A program made the translations under genes and the position numbers. A model generated the notes under the pieces. It did no database searches. It was not told where the DNA came from and saw only the letters and a list, made by a program, of their open reading frames with translations. Positions 19,097 to 28,018 of a stretch of DNA of 32,000 nucleotides are shown one piece after another; the stretch's first letter is position 1; every line of letters begins with the position of its first letter. Source of the stretch: Pseudomonas aeruginosa (GTDB lineage Bacteria > Pseudomonadota > Gammaproteobacteria > Pseudomonadales > Pseudomonadaceae). The stretch spans positions 1,440,001 to 1,472,000 of the forward strand of contig NZ_LN831024.1 of NCBI RefSeq assembly GCF_001457615.1, in the 5' to 3' direction.

Positions 19097-20419
19097 ATGG
19101 CCAGACTCAAGCGCACCCTGTCGCTGGGTTCCGTGGTGCTGTTCGGCATCGCCTACATGACCCCCATCATCGTCCTCGGGACTTTCGGCATCCTCGCCGA
19201 GACCACCCAGGGACACGTCCCCGCCGCCTACATCGCCGCTTCCCTGGCGATGCTCTTCACCGCCCTCAGCTACGGGCGCATGGCCGCGGCCTTCCCCGTG
19301 GCCGGCTCGGCCTATACCTACGTGCGCAAGGCCATCGATTCCCGGCTCGGCTTCATCGCCGGCTGGGCGGTGCTGCTCGACTACCTGTTCCTGCCGATGG
19401 CGATCTGGCTGATCGGCGCCGCCTACCTGCACTCGGCCTTTCCCGCGGTACCCAACGCGGTCTGGGTGCTGGCGTTCATCGGCGTGACCACGACGATCAA
19501 CATCGTCGGCCTGCGCCTGGCGAAGAACGTCAATGGCCTGCTGATGCTGGTGCAGTTCCTGGTCCTCGGCGCCTTCGTCGCACTCTGCGTGCACTACGTG
19601 CTGGGCGACCCGGGCAAGCCGTTATGGTCACTGCAACCGTTGCTCGGTGGCGACCTGCAGGTGCCGCTGGTGATGAGCGGTGCGGCGATCGCCTGCTACT
19701 CGTTCCTCGGTTTCGACGCGGTCAGTACCCTGACCGAGGAAACCCGCGACCCGCGGCGCAACATCCCGCGGGCGATCCTGCTGATCACCCTGCTGGGCGG
19801 GTTGATCTTCATCGTCACCTCGTACTTCGTGCAACTGGCGCACCCGTCGTTCGCCTTCGACAGCGCGGACTCGGCGGCCTACGAGATCGCCCGCAACATC
19901 GGTGGCGACCTGTTCGTGACCTTCTTCCTGGTCGGCCTGATCGTCGGCCAGTTCACCTCCGGCCTCTCGGCCCAGGCCAGCGCCTCGCGCCTGCTCTTCG
20001 CCATGGGCCGCGACGGCGTCCTTCCGCGGCCGTTCTTCGGGCGTCTCGGCAAGCGCTTCGAGACGCCGGTGAACAGCATCGTCCTGTGCGGCGTGGTGGC
20101 CCTGCTGGCGCTGCAGATGGACGTGACCACCTCCACCTCGTTCATCAACTTCGGCGCCTTCCTCGCCTTCAGCCTGGTCAACCTGTCGGTGGTCTTCCAC
20201 TACTACCTTGGCGCCGAGCGCCGCGGCCCACGGGAAACCCTGTTGTTCCTGGTATTCCCTGGCATCGGCCTGGTCGCCGACCTGTGGCTGATGGCCAGCC
20301 TCGACCATCTGGCGATCATCCTCGGCCTCTGCTGGCTGGCGCTGGGCGCGGTGTACCTGGCGGCGATCACCCACGGTTTCCGCGAGCAGCCGCCGGAGAT
20401 GCGTTTCGAGGAGGGCTGA
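19097..20419 (+). CDS. APC-family amino acid permease
   Basis: MARLKRTLSLGSVVLFGIAYMTPIIVLGTFGILAETTQGHVPAAYIAASLAMLFTALSYGRMAAAFPVAGSAYTYVRKA; about 12 TM. Confidence 0.93.
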   Translation: MARLKRTLSLGSVVLFGIAYMTPIIVLGTFGILAETTQGHVPAAYIAASLAMLFTALSYGRMAAAFPVAGSAYTYVRKAIDSRLGFIAGWAVLLDYLFLPMAIWLIGAAYLHSAFPAVPNAVWVLAFIGVTTTINIVGLRLAKNVNGLLMLVQFLVLGAFVALCVHYVLGDPGKPLWSLQPLLGGDLQVPLVMSGAAIACYSFLGFDAVSTLTEETRDPRRNIPRAILLITLLGGLIFIVTSYFVQLAHPSFAFDSADSAAYEIARNIGGDLFVTFFLVGLIVGQFTSGLSAQASASRLLFAMGRDGVLPRPFFGRLGKRFETPVNSIVLCGVVALLALQMDVTTSTSFINFGAFLAFSLVNLSVVFHYYLGAERRGPRETLLFLVFPGIGLVADLWLMASLDHLAIILGLCWLALGAVYLAAITHGFREQPPEMRFEEG

Positions 20420-20508
20420 GAAAGAATCGACGCCCGTTTCGCGGCGGCAAGGCGCAGGCTCCTGGCCTAGAGTGGCTATCCATCGCCTCCCTGGTTCCGG
20501 AGCCGGCC

Positions 20509-21582
20509 ATGTCCGACGCAGCGTTGTTCCTTCCCCTTCCCGATGACGACACCCTGTATGCCGCGCTGTTGGCGCGCGACCCCGCCTACGATGGCTTCGC
20601 CTTCGTCGGGGTGAAGAGCACCGGGGTGTTCTGCCGCCTGACCTGCCCGGCGCGCAAGCCGAAGCGCGAGAACACCCTGTTCTTCGATTCGATCAAGGGC
20701 TGCGTCGAGGCCGGCTTCCGACCCTGCCTGCGTTGCCGGCCGCTGGAGCGGCTCGGCACGCAGGGGCCGCTGGTCAGCGACCTGCTCCAGCGCCTCGGTC
20801 GGCAACCGCAGCGGCGCTGGTTCGAAGACGACCTGGCGGCGCTGGGCTATGACCCGTCCACCGTGCGCCGTGCCTTCAAGCGCGAGTTCGGCGTGACCTT
20901 TCTGGAAATGGCTCGCCTGCGCCGTCTTGGCCAGGTCGCCGAGCGGCTGTCCTCGGGCGCGCGGGTGATCGACGCGCAACTGGATGCCAGCTTCGACTCT
21001 GACAGCGGCTTCCGTAGCGCCTTCGCGCGCCTGCTGGGCGAGCCGCCGTCGCAGTTGCGCGGGCGCGAGCTGCTCAAGGCGGACTGGCTGCAGACCCCGC
21101 TCGGCGCCATGCTCGCGGTGGCCGATGCGCAGGCCCTGCACCTGCTGGAATTCTTCGACCGCCCGGCGTTGAGCGGGGAGCTGAAACGCCTGCAGAAGAG
21201 CAGCGGATCGAGCATCGGTTTCGGCCGTTTCGCCTCCATCGACAGGATCGAGGCGGAACTCGCCGACTACTTCGGCGGTACTCCAGTGCGCTTCCAGACC
21301 CCCTTGGCGCTGAACGCCTCGGCCTTCACCCGCACGGTCTGGCAGGCGCTGCGCGAGGTACCGTGCGGCAGCACGCAGAGCTACGCCGGGCTGGCCAGGT
21401 CCATCGGCTCGCCGTCGTCGGTGCGCGCCGTGGCCCGCGCCAACGGAGCCAACCAGATCGCCATCGTGATTCCCTGCCACCGCGTCATCGGTTCGGACGG
21501 TTCCCTGACCGGCTATGGCGGTGGCCTGTGGCGCAAGCGCTGGTTGCTGGAGCACGAGCGGCGCATGGGCGCTGCCGGCTAG
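20509..21582 (+). CDS. Ada-like bifunctional methylphosphotriester/O6-methylguanine-DNA methyltransferase and AraC-type regulator
   Basis: N-terminal FVGVKSTGVFCRLTCPARKPKRENTLFFDS...GFRPCLRCRPLE (four-Cys zinc/acceptor site), central AraC HTH, C-terminal VPCGSTQSYAGLARSIGSPSSVRAVARANGANQIAIVIPCHRVIGSDGSLTGYGGGLWRKRWLLEHE. Confidence 0.95.
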   Translation: MSDAALFLPLPDDDTLYAALLARDPAYDGFAFVGVKSTGVFCRLTCPARKPKRENTLFFDSIKGCVEAGFRPCLRCRPLERLGTQGPLVSDLLQRLGRQPQRRWFEDDLAALGYDPSTVRRAFKREFGVTFLEMARLRRLGQVAERLSSGARVIDAQLDASFDSDSGFRSAFARLLGEPPSQLRGRELLKADWLQTPLGAMLAVADAQALHLLEFFDRPALSGELKRLQKSSGSSIGFGRFASIDRIEAELADYFGGTPVRFQTPLALNASAFTRTVWQALREVPCGSTQSYAGLARSIGSPSSVRAVARANGANQIAIVIPCHRVIGSDGSLTGYGGGLWRKRWLLEHERRMGAAG

Positions 21583-22988
21583 CCGGGATCGCCGCCCAGA
21601 AGCCGGGCGGGGGCGCGCAACACCGGTTCCCGCTCGACCGCTGCGGGCCGCTGCAAGTCCTCGGCGTCGGCGCGCTCGGCGGTCGACAGGTCGCTGGCGT
21701 GGAATCCGGTGATCCGCAACAGGGCCAGGGTACAGGCCAGCGAGACCAGCGCGTAGCAGGCTGAGGCCAGGGCCACGCCGACGATGCTGCCGGTACTGTT
21801 GAGAATCCACTGGGCCAGTACCGGCGTACCGCCGCCGACCAGCAGCGAGCAGAGCTGGTAGGCCAGCGACAGGCCGGTGTAGCGCACCCGCGCCGGGAAG
21901 GCTCGGGCGAGGATACCGCCCACCGCGCCGTAGAACATCGCGTGCGGCACCGTGGCCAGGCACATGCCGACCGCGGCGATCCAGTAGACCTTGGTTTCCA
22001 CGGCGAAGAACATCGCCGGCATCAGGATGAACTCCGGCAGCACCATCAGGCATGCCGCCTTGCGCATGTCGATGCGCGAAGTGAGCAGCGCCCCCAGCGG
22101 CTGGCTGAGGAACTGCACCACCAGCGCGACCACGATGATGCTGAGGAAGGTGCCCTGGCTGTAGCCGAGGGTCTTGGTCGCCCAGGAGAGGGCGAAGGTG
22201 CTCTTGAAGTAGGTGACGTGGATGATCGGCAGCACGCCGGCGCCGAGCAGGACGATCTTCCAGTGCTTGCCCAGCACCTCGGCGAGCGGCAGCTTCACCG
22301 TGCGCTTCTGCGCCAGCACACGCTTCATGTCTTCCGACTCCTCCAGCTTCAGGCGGATCACCATGCCGACGATGACCAGCACCGCAGAGAGCAGGAACGG
22401 CGCGCGCCAGCCCCAGAGAATGAAGTCCGAGGCGGGCAGGGCGCTGAGGGCGAAGAACGCCAGGGTCGCCAGCAGGTTGCCGGTGGGCGAGCCCTGCTGG
22501 GCGAAGGCGGCGTACAGGATGCCCTTGCCCTTGGGCGCGCTTTCGCTGGCGATCAGGATCGCGCCGCCCCACTCGCCGCCGACCGCGATGCCCTGGACGA
22601 TACGCAGCGCCACCAGGGAGATCGGCGCCCAGATGCCGATCTGCGTATAGACCGGCAACAGGCCGATGCAGGTCGTGGCGATGCCCATCATGATCAGGGT
22701 GATCACCAGGGTGGTCTTGCGGCCGATGCGGTCGCCGAGATGGCCGAAGATGATCCCGCCCAGCGGGCGAGCGATGAAGCCCGACCAGAGGGTGACGAAG
22801 GACAGCAGGGTGGCCAGGCCCGGATCCATGTCGGCGGGGAAGAATACCTTGCCGAACACCAGGGCGGCGGCCAGGCCGTAGATGTAGAAGTCGTACCACT
22901 CGATGGTGGTGCCGATGAAGGAGGCGATACCGGCCCTGCGGGCCTTCTTGTGCAGGTCGGCGTCTTCGGGAGAGGGCGTGCGCGGCAT
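21579..22988 (-). CDS. MFS transporter, metabolite:H+ symporter (MHS/ShiA-ProP-like) family
   Basis: [35 protein letters not shown]...[42 protein letters not shown]...[21 protein letters not shown]. Start at internal ATG. Confidence 0.93.
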   Translation of the reverse strand: [469 protein letters not shown]

Positions 22989-23156
22989 GGGTCGAGTCCT
23001 GTTTATTGTTGTTCTCGCCGACACGCCGCTCCCTACCGCCCTTCGCTGAAAGGCGGGGCGGAAACGCTGGTTTCCGTGGAGGGAGAGCGTGCGTCGGTGT
23101 TGACCCGGGTGCCTCGGAGTCTAGGTGGCACCCCCGCAAATCAATAGTCTTTTAAT

Positions 23157-23172
23157 CTTATGGCTCGATAAG
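23157..23172. promoter_or_regulatory. Candidate LysR-type operator CTTAT-N6-ATAAG upstream of the MFS gene
   Basis: CTTATGGCTCGATAAG; the right arm TCGATAAG is the reverse complement of CTTATCGA at 24157. Confidence 0.4.
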
Positions 23173-23206
23173 GGATTCCATATCGACGTTTTCCGTCAGC
23201 CCTCGC

Positions 23207-24094
23207 TCAGGCGTCGTCCAGGCCGCTCTTCAGCGTCGCCAGGAACGCCTGCGCCGCCCGGGAAGGTTCGCTGGCCGGAAGGATCGCGTGGATCTCCGAA
23301 CGCGCGCCGGCCGGCTCGATCTCCAGGTAGCGCACCTCGTTCCGCCAGGCCAGGCAGAGGGTCTCCGGGATCAGCGCGACGCCCATGCCGAGACCGACCA
23401 TGGCGGCGACGGTCTGCCACAGGCGCGCCTCGTGGCGGATGCGCGGGCTGAAGCCGGCGTCCACGCAGCGGGCGATGATCAGGTCGTGGTAGTGCGGGGA
23501 GACATGGCGCGGGAAGAGGATGAAGTCTTCGTCGCGCAGTTCGGCGAGGTCCAGACGCGCCTGGCCAGCCAGGCGGTGCCCGGCGGGCAGGCAGCAGAGG
23601 AACGGGTCGCTGATCAAGGGTTCGGAGACGATTTCCGCCGGCAGCCTGCCCCAGTGCACGAAGCCCAGGTCGATCTGCCCGCGCTGCAACGCCTGGGCCT
23701 GCTCCGCGCTGTTCATTTCGCCGAGCACCACCTCCATGTTCGGGTGCTCCCGTTCGAAGCGGGACATGGCCCTGGGCAGGCCGCGGTAGAGCATGGAGTT
23801 GACGAAGCCGACGCGCAGTTGGCCGACGTCGCCCTCGGCGGATAGCTGGGTCAGGCGTTTCACCTTCTCTGCCTGCAGCAGCAGGTTGCGCGCTTCCACC
23901 AGCAGGACCTGGCCGGCGCCGGTGAGCTTCACCGACTTGTTGTTGCGCAGCAGCAATTGGGTTCCGAGCTGTTCCTCCAGCTTCTTGATGTCGAAGCTCA
24001 GCGCCGGCTGGGAGATGAACAGGCGAGCCGCGGCGCGACCGAAATGCAGTTCCTCGGCGACCGCGATGAAGTAGCGAAGCTGTCTGAGATCCAT
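23207..24094 (-). CDS. LysR-family transcriptional regulator
   Basis: MDLRQLRYFIAVAEELHFGRAAARLFISQPALSFDIKKLEEQLGTQLLLRNNKSVKLTGAGQVLLVEAR. Confidence 0.97.
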   Translation of the reverse strand: MDLRQLRYFIAVAEELHFGRAAARLFISQPALSFDIKKLEEQLGTQLLLRNNKSVKLTGAGQVLLVEARNLLLQAEKVKRLTQLSAEGDVGQLRVGFVNSMLYRGLPRAMSRFEREHPNMEVVLGEMNSAEQAQALQRGQIDLGFVHWGRLPAEIVSEPLISDPFLCCLPAGHRLAGQARLDLAELRDEDFILFPRHVSPHYHDLIIARCVDAGFSPRIRHEARLWQTVAAMVGLGMGVALIPETLCLAWRNEVRYLEIEPAGARSEIHAILPASEPSRAAQAFLATLKSGLDDA

Positions 24095-24207
24095 GGCAGG
24101 CACCTGGTTCTACGATCTGTTTTTCTTATCGTCGATGATTTTTTTTGTATTGGATGCTTATCGAAGCACTCGCCTAGTCTCGGCGCAAGACAAGCAGGAG
24201 CCGCGCC

Positions 24208-25935
24208 ATGACCGCCATGCCCGAAGTACTTCGCGAAGATACGCTGAACATCCCCGACAGCCGTGGGCTGAATCTCTACACCTGCGATCCGGCCCTGGAG
24301 CGGCTGCTGGAGGTATACCTGCCGCCGGCGTTGCTCGCCGAATGGCGGCCGCTCCTCGAACGGCTCGGCGCCCGTGCCGGCGGCGAGCTGGACGTGCTGG
24401 CGCTGGCGGCGGACAAGAACCCGCCGGTGCTGGCGCCGCGCACCCGCCGCGGCGAGGATTTGCAGAGCATTCGCAAGCATCCGGACTACGTCGCCCTCGA
24501 ACAGGTGGCCTATGCCGAACTTGGCCTGGCTTCCATGAGCCATCGCCCGGACGGCCCGCCGCCGCTGGTGAAGTATGCGCTCACCCACCTGTTCGTACAG
24601 GCCGAGTTCGGCCTTTGCTGCCCGGTCAGCATGACCGACTCGCTGACCCGCACCCTGCGCAGGTTCGGCGCGCCAGAACTGGTCGAGCGCTACCTGCCGT
24701 CCCTCGCCTCGCGGGATTTCGACGAGCTGTTCCAGGGCGCCATGTTCATGACCGAGCAGGCCGCCGGCTCCGATGTGGCGCGGACCCGTACCGTGGCGCG
24801 GGAGCAGGGCGGTGAGTGGAAGCTCTACGGCGACAAGTGGTTCTGCTCCAACCCGGACGCCGACCTGGCGATGGTCCTGGCCCGCCCCGAAGGCGCGCCG
24901 GAAGGAATGAAGGGCGTGACCCTGTTCCTGTTGCCGAAGGTCCGCGAGGACGGCACGCGCAACGCCTATCGCATCGTCCGCCTGAAGGACAAGCTGGGCA
25001 GCCGCTCCATGGCCAGCGGCGAAGTCCGCCTGGAAGGCGCCAGCGCCTACCTGATCGGCGAGATCGGCCGCGGCTTCCAGCAGATGGCCGACATGGTCAA
25101 CATGTCGCGCCTGTCCAACGGCGTGCGCGCCGCCGGGCTGATGCGCCGGGCGCTGAGCGAGGCGCTGTTCGTCGCCCGCCATCGGCGCGCCTTCGGCAAG
25201 CACCTGATCGACATGCCGCTGATGCAGAAGCAGTTGCTGAAGATGATGCTGCCCACCGAACAGGCGCGCTCGATGTTCATGCAGATCGCCACGCTGCTGC
25301 CGCGCGCCGATGGCGGCGAGGTCGAGGCGCAGAAATGCGTGCGGATCCTCACCCCGCTGATCAAGTTCCGCGCCTGCCGCGATGCGCGACGGGTCACCGG
25401 CGACGCCATGGAGGTGCGCGGCGGGGTCGGCTACATCGAGGAGTGGAGCGACCCGCGGCTGGTGCGTGACGCCCACCTGGGGTCGATCTGGGAGGGCACC
25501 AGCAACATCGTGGCGCTGGACGTCGCCCGTGCGGTGAGCCGCGAACAGGCGCTCGAACCCTTGCAGCGCCACCTGCGCCGGCTGCTGGATGACAGCGACC
25601 TGCCAGGGGACGCCCGCGACCTCTTCGACGAACTGCTGGTGCGAGTGGTCGCGACCATGGCCGACGTCGCCGAGCGCCGCCAGGACGAGCAGGTGCGCCA
25701 GGCCGGCAGCGCCCTCTACCACCTGTGCACGGCGATCTTCATGGCCTGGGAAGCCAGCCGCCAGGCACCCGACCAGCGCCGCCTGGCCCTGGCCTTCCTG
25801 GTCGCCCGGCACAAGCTGCTGCCGCGCGACCCGCTGCACCTGGAGGGTTGGACCGACCAGGCCGAACTGCTGGCCAGGGTGGTCGGCGAGGTGCCGCTGA
25901 GCCAGGCCGAAGCCATGCAATTGCTGCCGGCCTGA
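24208..25935 (+). CDS. Acyl-CoA dehydrogenase family protein, AidB-like architecture (575 aa)
   Basis: GAMFMTEQAAGSDVARTRTVAR, YGDKWFCSNPDADLAMVLARPEG, RLKDKLGSRSMASGEVRLEGASAYLIGEIGRGFQQMADMVNMSRLSNGVRAAGLMRRAL, GGVGYIEEWSDPRLVRDAHLGSIWEGTSNIVALDV. Confidence 0.93.
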   Translation: MTAMPEVLREDTLNIPDSRGLNLYTCDPALERLLEVYLPPALLAEWRPLLERLGARAGGELDVLALAADKNPPVLAPRTRRGEDLQSIRKHPDYVALEQVAYAELGLASMSHRPDGPPPLVKYALTHLFVQAEFGLCCPVSMTDSLTRTLRRFGAPELVERYLPSLASRDFDELFQGAMFMTEQAAGSDVARTRTVAREQGGEWKLYGDKWFCSNPDADLAMVLARPEGAPEGMKGVTLFLLPKVREDGTRNAYRIVRLKDKLGSRSMASGEVRLEGASAYLIGEIGRGFQQMADMVNMSRLSNGVRAAGLMRRALSEALFVARHRRAFGKHLIDMPLMQKQLLKMMLPTEQARSMFMQIATLLPRADGGEVEAQKCVRILTPLIKFRACRDARRVTGDAMEVRGGVGYIEEWSDPRLVRDAHLGSIWEGTSNIVALDVARAVSREQALEPLQRHLRRLLDDSDLPGDARDLFDELLVRVVATMADVAERRQDEQVRQAGSALYHLCTAIFMAWEASRQAPDQRRLALAFLVARHKLLPRDPLHLEGWTDQAELLARVVGEVPLSQAEAMQLLPA

Positions 25936-25973
25936 CTGCCCGCATTCCCGCTCACAACAACCAGAGAGTCGCC

Positions 25974-27161
25974 ATGACCAATCAGACGGGCGCCCTGCGT
26001 GGCCTGAAAATCATCGATCTCAGTAGGGTCCTCGGCGGACCCTACTGCTCCCAGGCGCTGGCCGACCACGGCGCCGAGGTGATCAAGCTGGAACCCCTTG
26101 GCGGCGACGAAACCCGTGGCTGGGGGCCGCCCTTCGAGGGCGACACGGCGTCCTACTTCAAGGGCGTGAACCGCAACAAGAAGGGCATCGCCGTCGACCT
26201 GGCGACGGCGGAGGGCATCGAGCTGCTGCTGCGCTTGCTGGAGGACGCCGACGTACTGCTGGAGAACTTCAAGCCCGGCACCCTGGCGCGCTGGGGGATC
26301 GGCTACGAGGAGGTGCTTCGCCAGCGCTTCCCGCGGCTGGTCCACTGCGCGGTATCGGGCTTCGGCGCCGACGGCCCGCTCGGCGGCCTGCCCGGCTACG
26401 ACGCGGCGATCCAGGCGATGGCCGGACTGATGAGCGTGAACGGCGAGGCCGGCGGCGAGGCGTTGCGCATCGGCCTGCCGATCGTCGACATGGTCACCGG
26501 GCTGAACGCCATGGCCGGCATCCTCCTCGCCCTCCACGAGCGCCAGGTCAGCGGGCGCGGGCAGTCGGTGGACATCGCCCTGTACGACTGCGGTATCTCC
26601 CTGCTGCACCCGCACCTGCCGAACTACTTCGCTTCCGGACGTACGCCCCGGCGTAGCGGCAACGCCCACCCGAACATCGCGCCCTACGACAGCTACCGCA
26701 CCGGTACCGAGCCGATCTTCCTCGCCGTCGGCAACGACCGCCAGTTCGCCCGCCTGTGCGAGTACCTGGGAGCCGATGAACTGCCGGGGGACCCGCGCTT
26801 CGCCGACAACGGCAAGCGCTCGGTCAACCGCGAGGCGCTGAAGCGCGCTCTGGAGGACTACCTGGCGGCCCACGACGGCCGTGAGCTGGCCGAGCGGCTG
26901 ATCCGTCTCGGCGTGCCCTGCGGAGCCATCGCCACGGTGGAGCGGGTGGTGGAGCACCCGCACACCCGCCATCGCGGGATGGTCGTCGAACTCGAGGGCT
27001 ATCGCGGCATCGCCTCGCCGGTGAAGCTTTCGCGCACCCCGGCCAGCTACCGCGCCGCGCCGCCGGTGCTGGGCGGAGACACCCGGGAAGTCCTGGCGGA
27101 ACTGGGATTGAGCGCCGAGGCGATCGACGCGCTGGTCCGGCGCGGCATCGTCCGCGCCTGA
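25974..27161 (+). CDS. Family III (CaiB/BaiF) CoA-transferase
   Basis: GLKIIDLSRVLGGPYCSQALADHGAEVIKLEPLGGDETRGWGPPFEGDTASYFKGVNRNKKGIAVDLATAEG; start at internal ATG. Confidence 0.95.
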   Translation: MTNQTGALRGLKIIDLSRVLGGPYCSQALADHGAEVIKLEPLGGDETRGWGPPFEGDTASYFKGVNRNKKGIAVDLATAEGIELLLRLLEDADVLLENFKPGTLARWGIGYEEVLRQRFPRLVHCAVSGFGADGPLGGLPGYDAAIQAMAGLMSVNGEAGGEALRIGLPIVDMVTGLNAMAGILLALHERQVSGRGQSVDIALYDCGISLLHPHLPNYFASGRTPRRSGNAHPNIAPYDSYRTGTEPIFLAVGNDRQFARLCEYLGADELPGDPRFADNGKRSVNREALKRALEDYLAAHDGRELAERLIRLGVPCGAIATVERVVEHPHTRHRGMVVELEGYRGIASPVKLSRTPASYRAAPPVLGGDTREVLAELGLSAEAIDALVRRGIVRA

Positions 27162-27220
27162 AACCCCTCACGGCACGGCCTGCGCCGTGCAACTCAATCC
27201 CCGGGCAATTGGAGATGGCC

Positions 27221-28018
27221 ATGGATTCCTCCCCTGGGGCGGTGCGCCCCGAACTCGTGCTGCTGGAGCGGCCGGAGCAGGGCGTGGCCCTGTTGCGACT
27301 GAACCGCCCGGCAGTGCTCAACGCCCTGAACATGCGCCTGCGCGAGGCTCTGGCGGAGCACGTACGGCGCCTCGACGAGTGCGCCGATACCCGGGTCATC
27401 GTCCTCACCGGAAATGGCACGGCGTTCGCCGCCGGCGCCGATCTCAACGAACTGGCGGAGGCGTCCGTGCTGGAGATCCAGCAGCGCGGGGTGGAGCGCC
27501 ACTGGCAGGCCCTCGCCGCCTGCCGCAAGCCGCTGATCGCCGCCGTGGAGGGCCACGCCCTGGGCGGAGGCTGCGAGTTGGCGATGCACTGCGACCTGAT
27601 CGTCGCCGGTGCCTCGGCGCGCTTCGCCCAGCCGGAAGTTCGTGTCGGCGTGATGCCCGGCGCCGGCGGCACCCAGCGCCTGGTGCGAGCGGTGGGCAAG
27701 TTCCAGGCGCTGCGCATGCTGTTTACCGGTTGCACGGTACGGGCGCCGGAGGCCCTGGCCATAGGGTTGGTCAGCGAGGTGGCGGCGGATGGCCAGGCAT
27801 TGGATCGCGCCCTCGAACTGGCTCGCCAGATCGCCGGCCTGCCGCCGCTGGCGCTGGCGCAGATCAAGGAAGTGGTCCTGGCCGGCGCCGACCTGCCGCT
27901 GGACCAGGCCCTGGCGCTGGAGCGCAAGGCCTTCCAGTTGCTGTTCGACAGCCACGACCAGAAGGAGGGCATGCGTGCCTTCCTGGAAAAACGCACAGCG
28001 GAGTACCTGGGAAAATGA
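27221..28018 (+). CDS. Enoyl-CoA hydratase/isomerase
   Basis: LNRPAVLNALNMRLREALAEH...GNGTAFAAGADLNELAE...VEGHALGGGCELAMHCDLIVAGASARFAQPEVRVGVMPGAGGTQRLVRAVG. Start codon uncertain (27215 or 27221). Confidence 0.94.
   Translation: MDSSPGAVRPELVLLERPEQGVALLRLNRPAVLNALNMRLREALAEHVRRLDECADTRVIVLTGNGTAFAAGADLNELAEASVLEIQQRGVERHWQALAACRKPLIAAVEGHALGGGCELAMHCDLIVAGASARFAQPEVRVGVMPGAGGTQRLVRAVGKFQALRMLFTGCTVRAPEALAIGLVSEVAADGQALDRALELARQIAGLPPLALAQIKEVVLAGADLPLDQALALERKAFQLLFDSHDQKEGMRAFLEKRTAEYLGK

Noticed and set aside
19015-20508. Long upstream extension of the Ada-like ORF
   Set aside because: Out of frame with the real permease gene; Ada homology starts at MSDAALFLPLPDDD at 20509.
23998-25920. 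640-aa minus-strand ORF opposite the acyl-CoA dehydrogenase
   Set aside because: Antisense artefact; Gln/His/Arg/Ala-rich with no recognisable domain, while the opposite strand has full ACAD motifs.
25716-26972. 418-aa minus-strand ORF opposite the CoA-transferase
   Set aside because: Same high-GC shadow pattern; the plus-strand CaiB-family gene explains the region.
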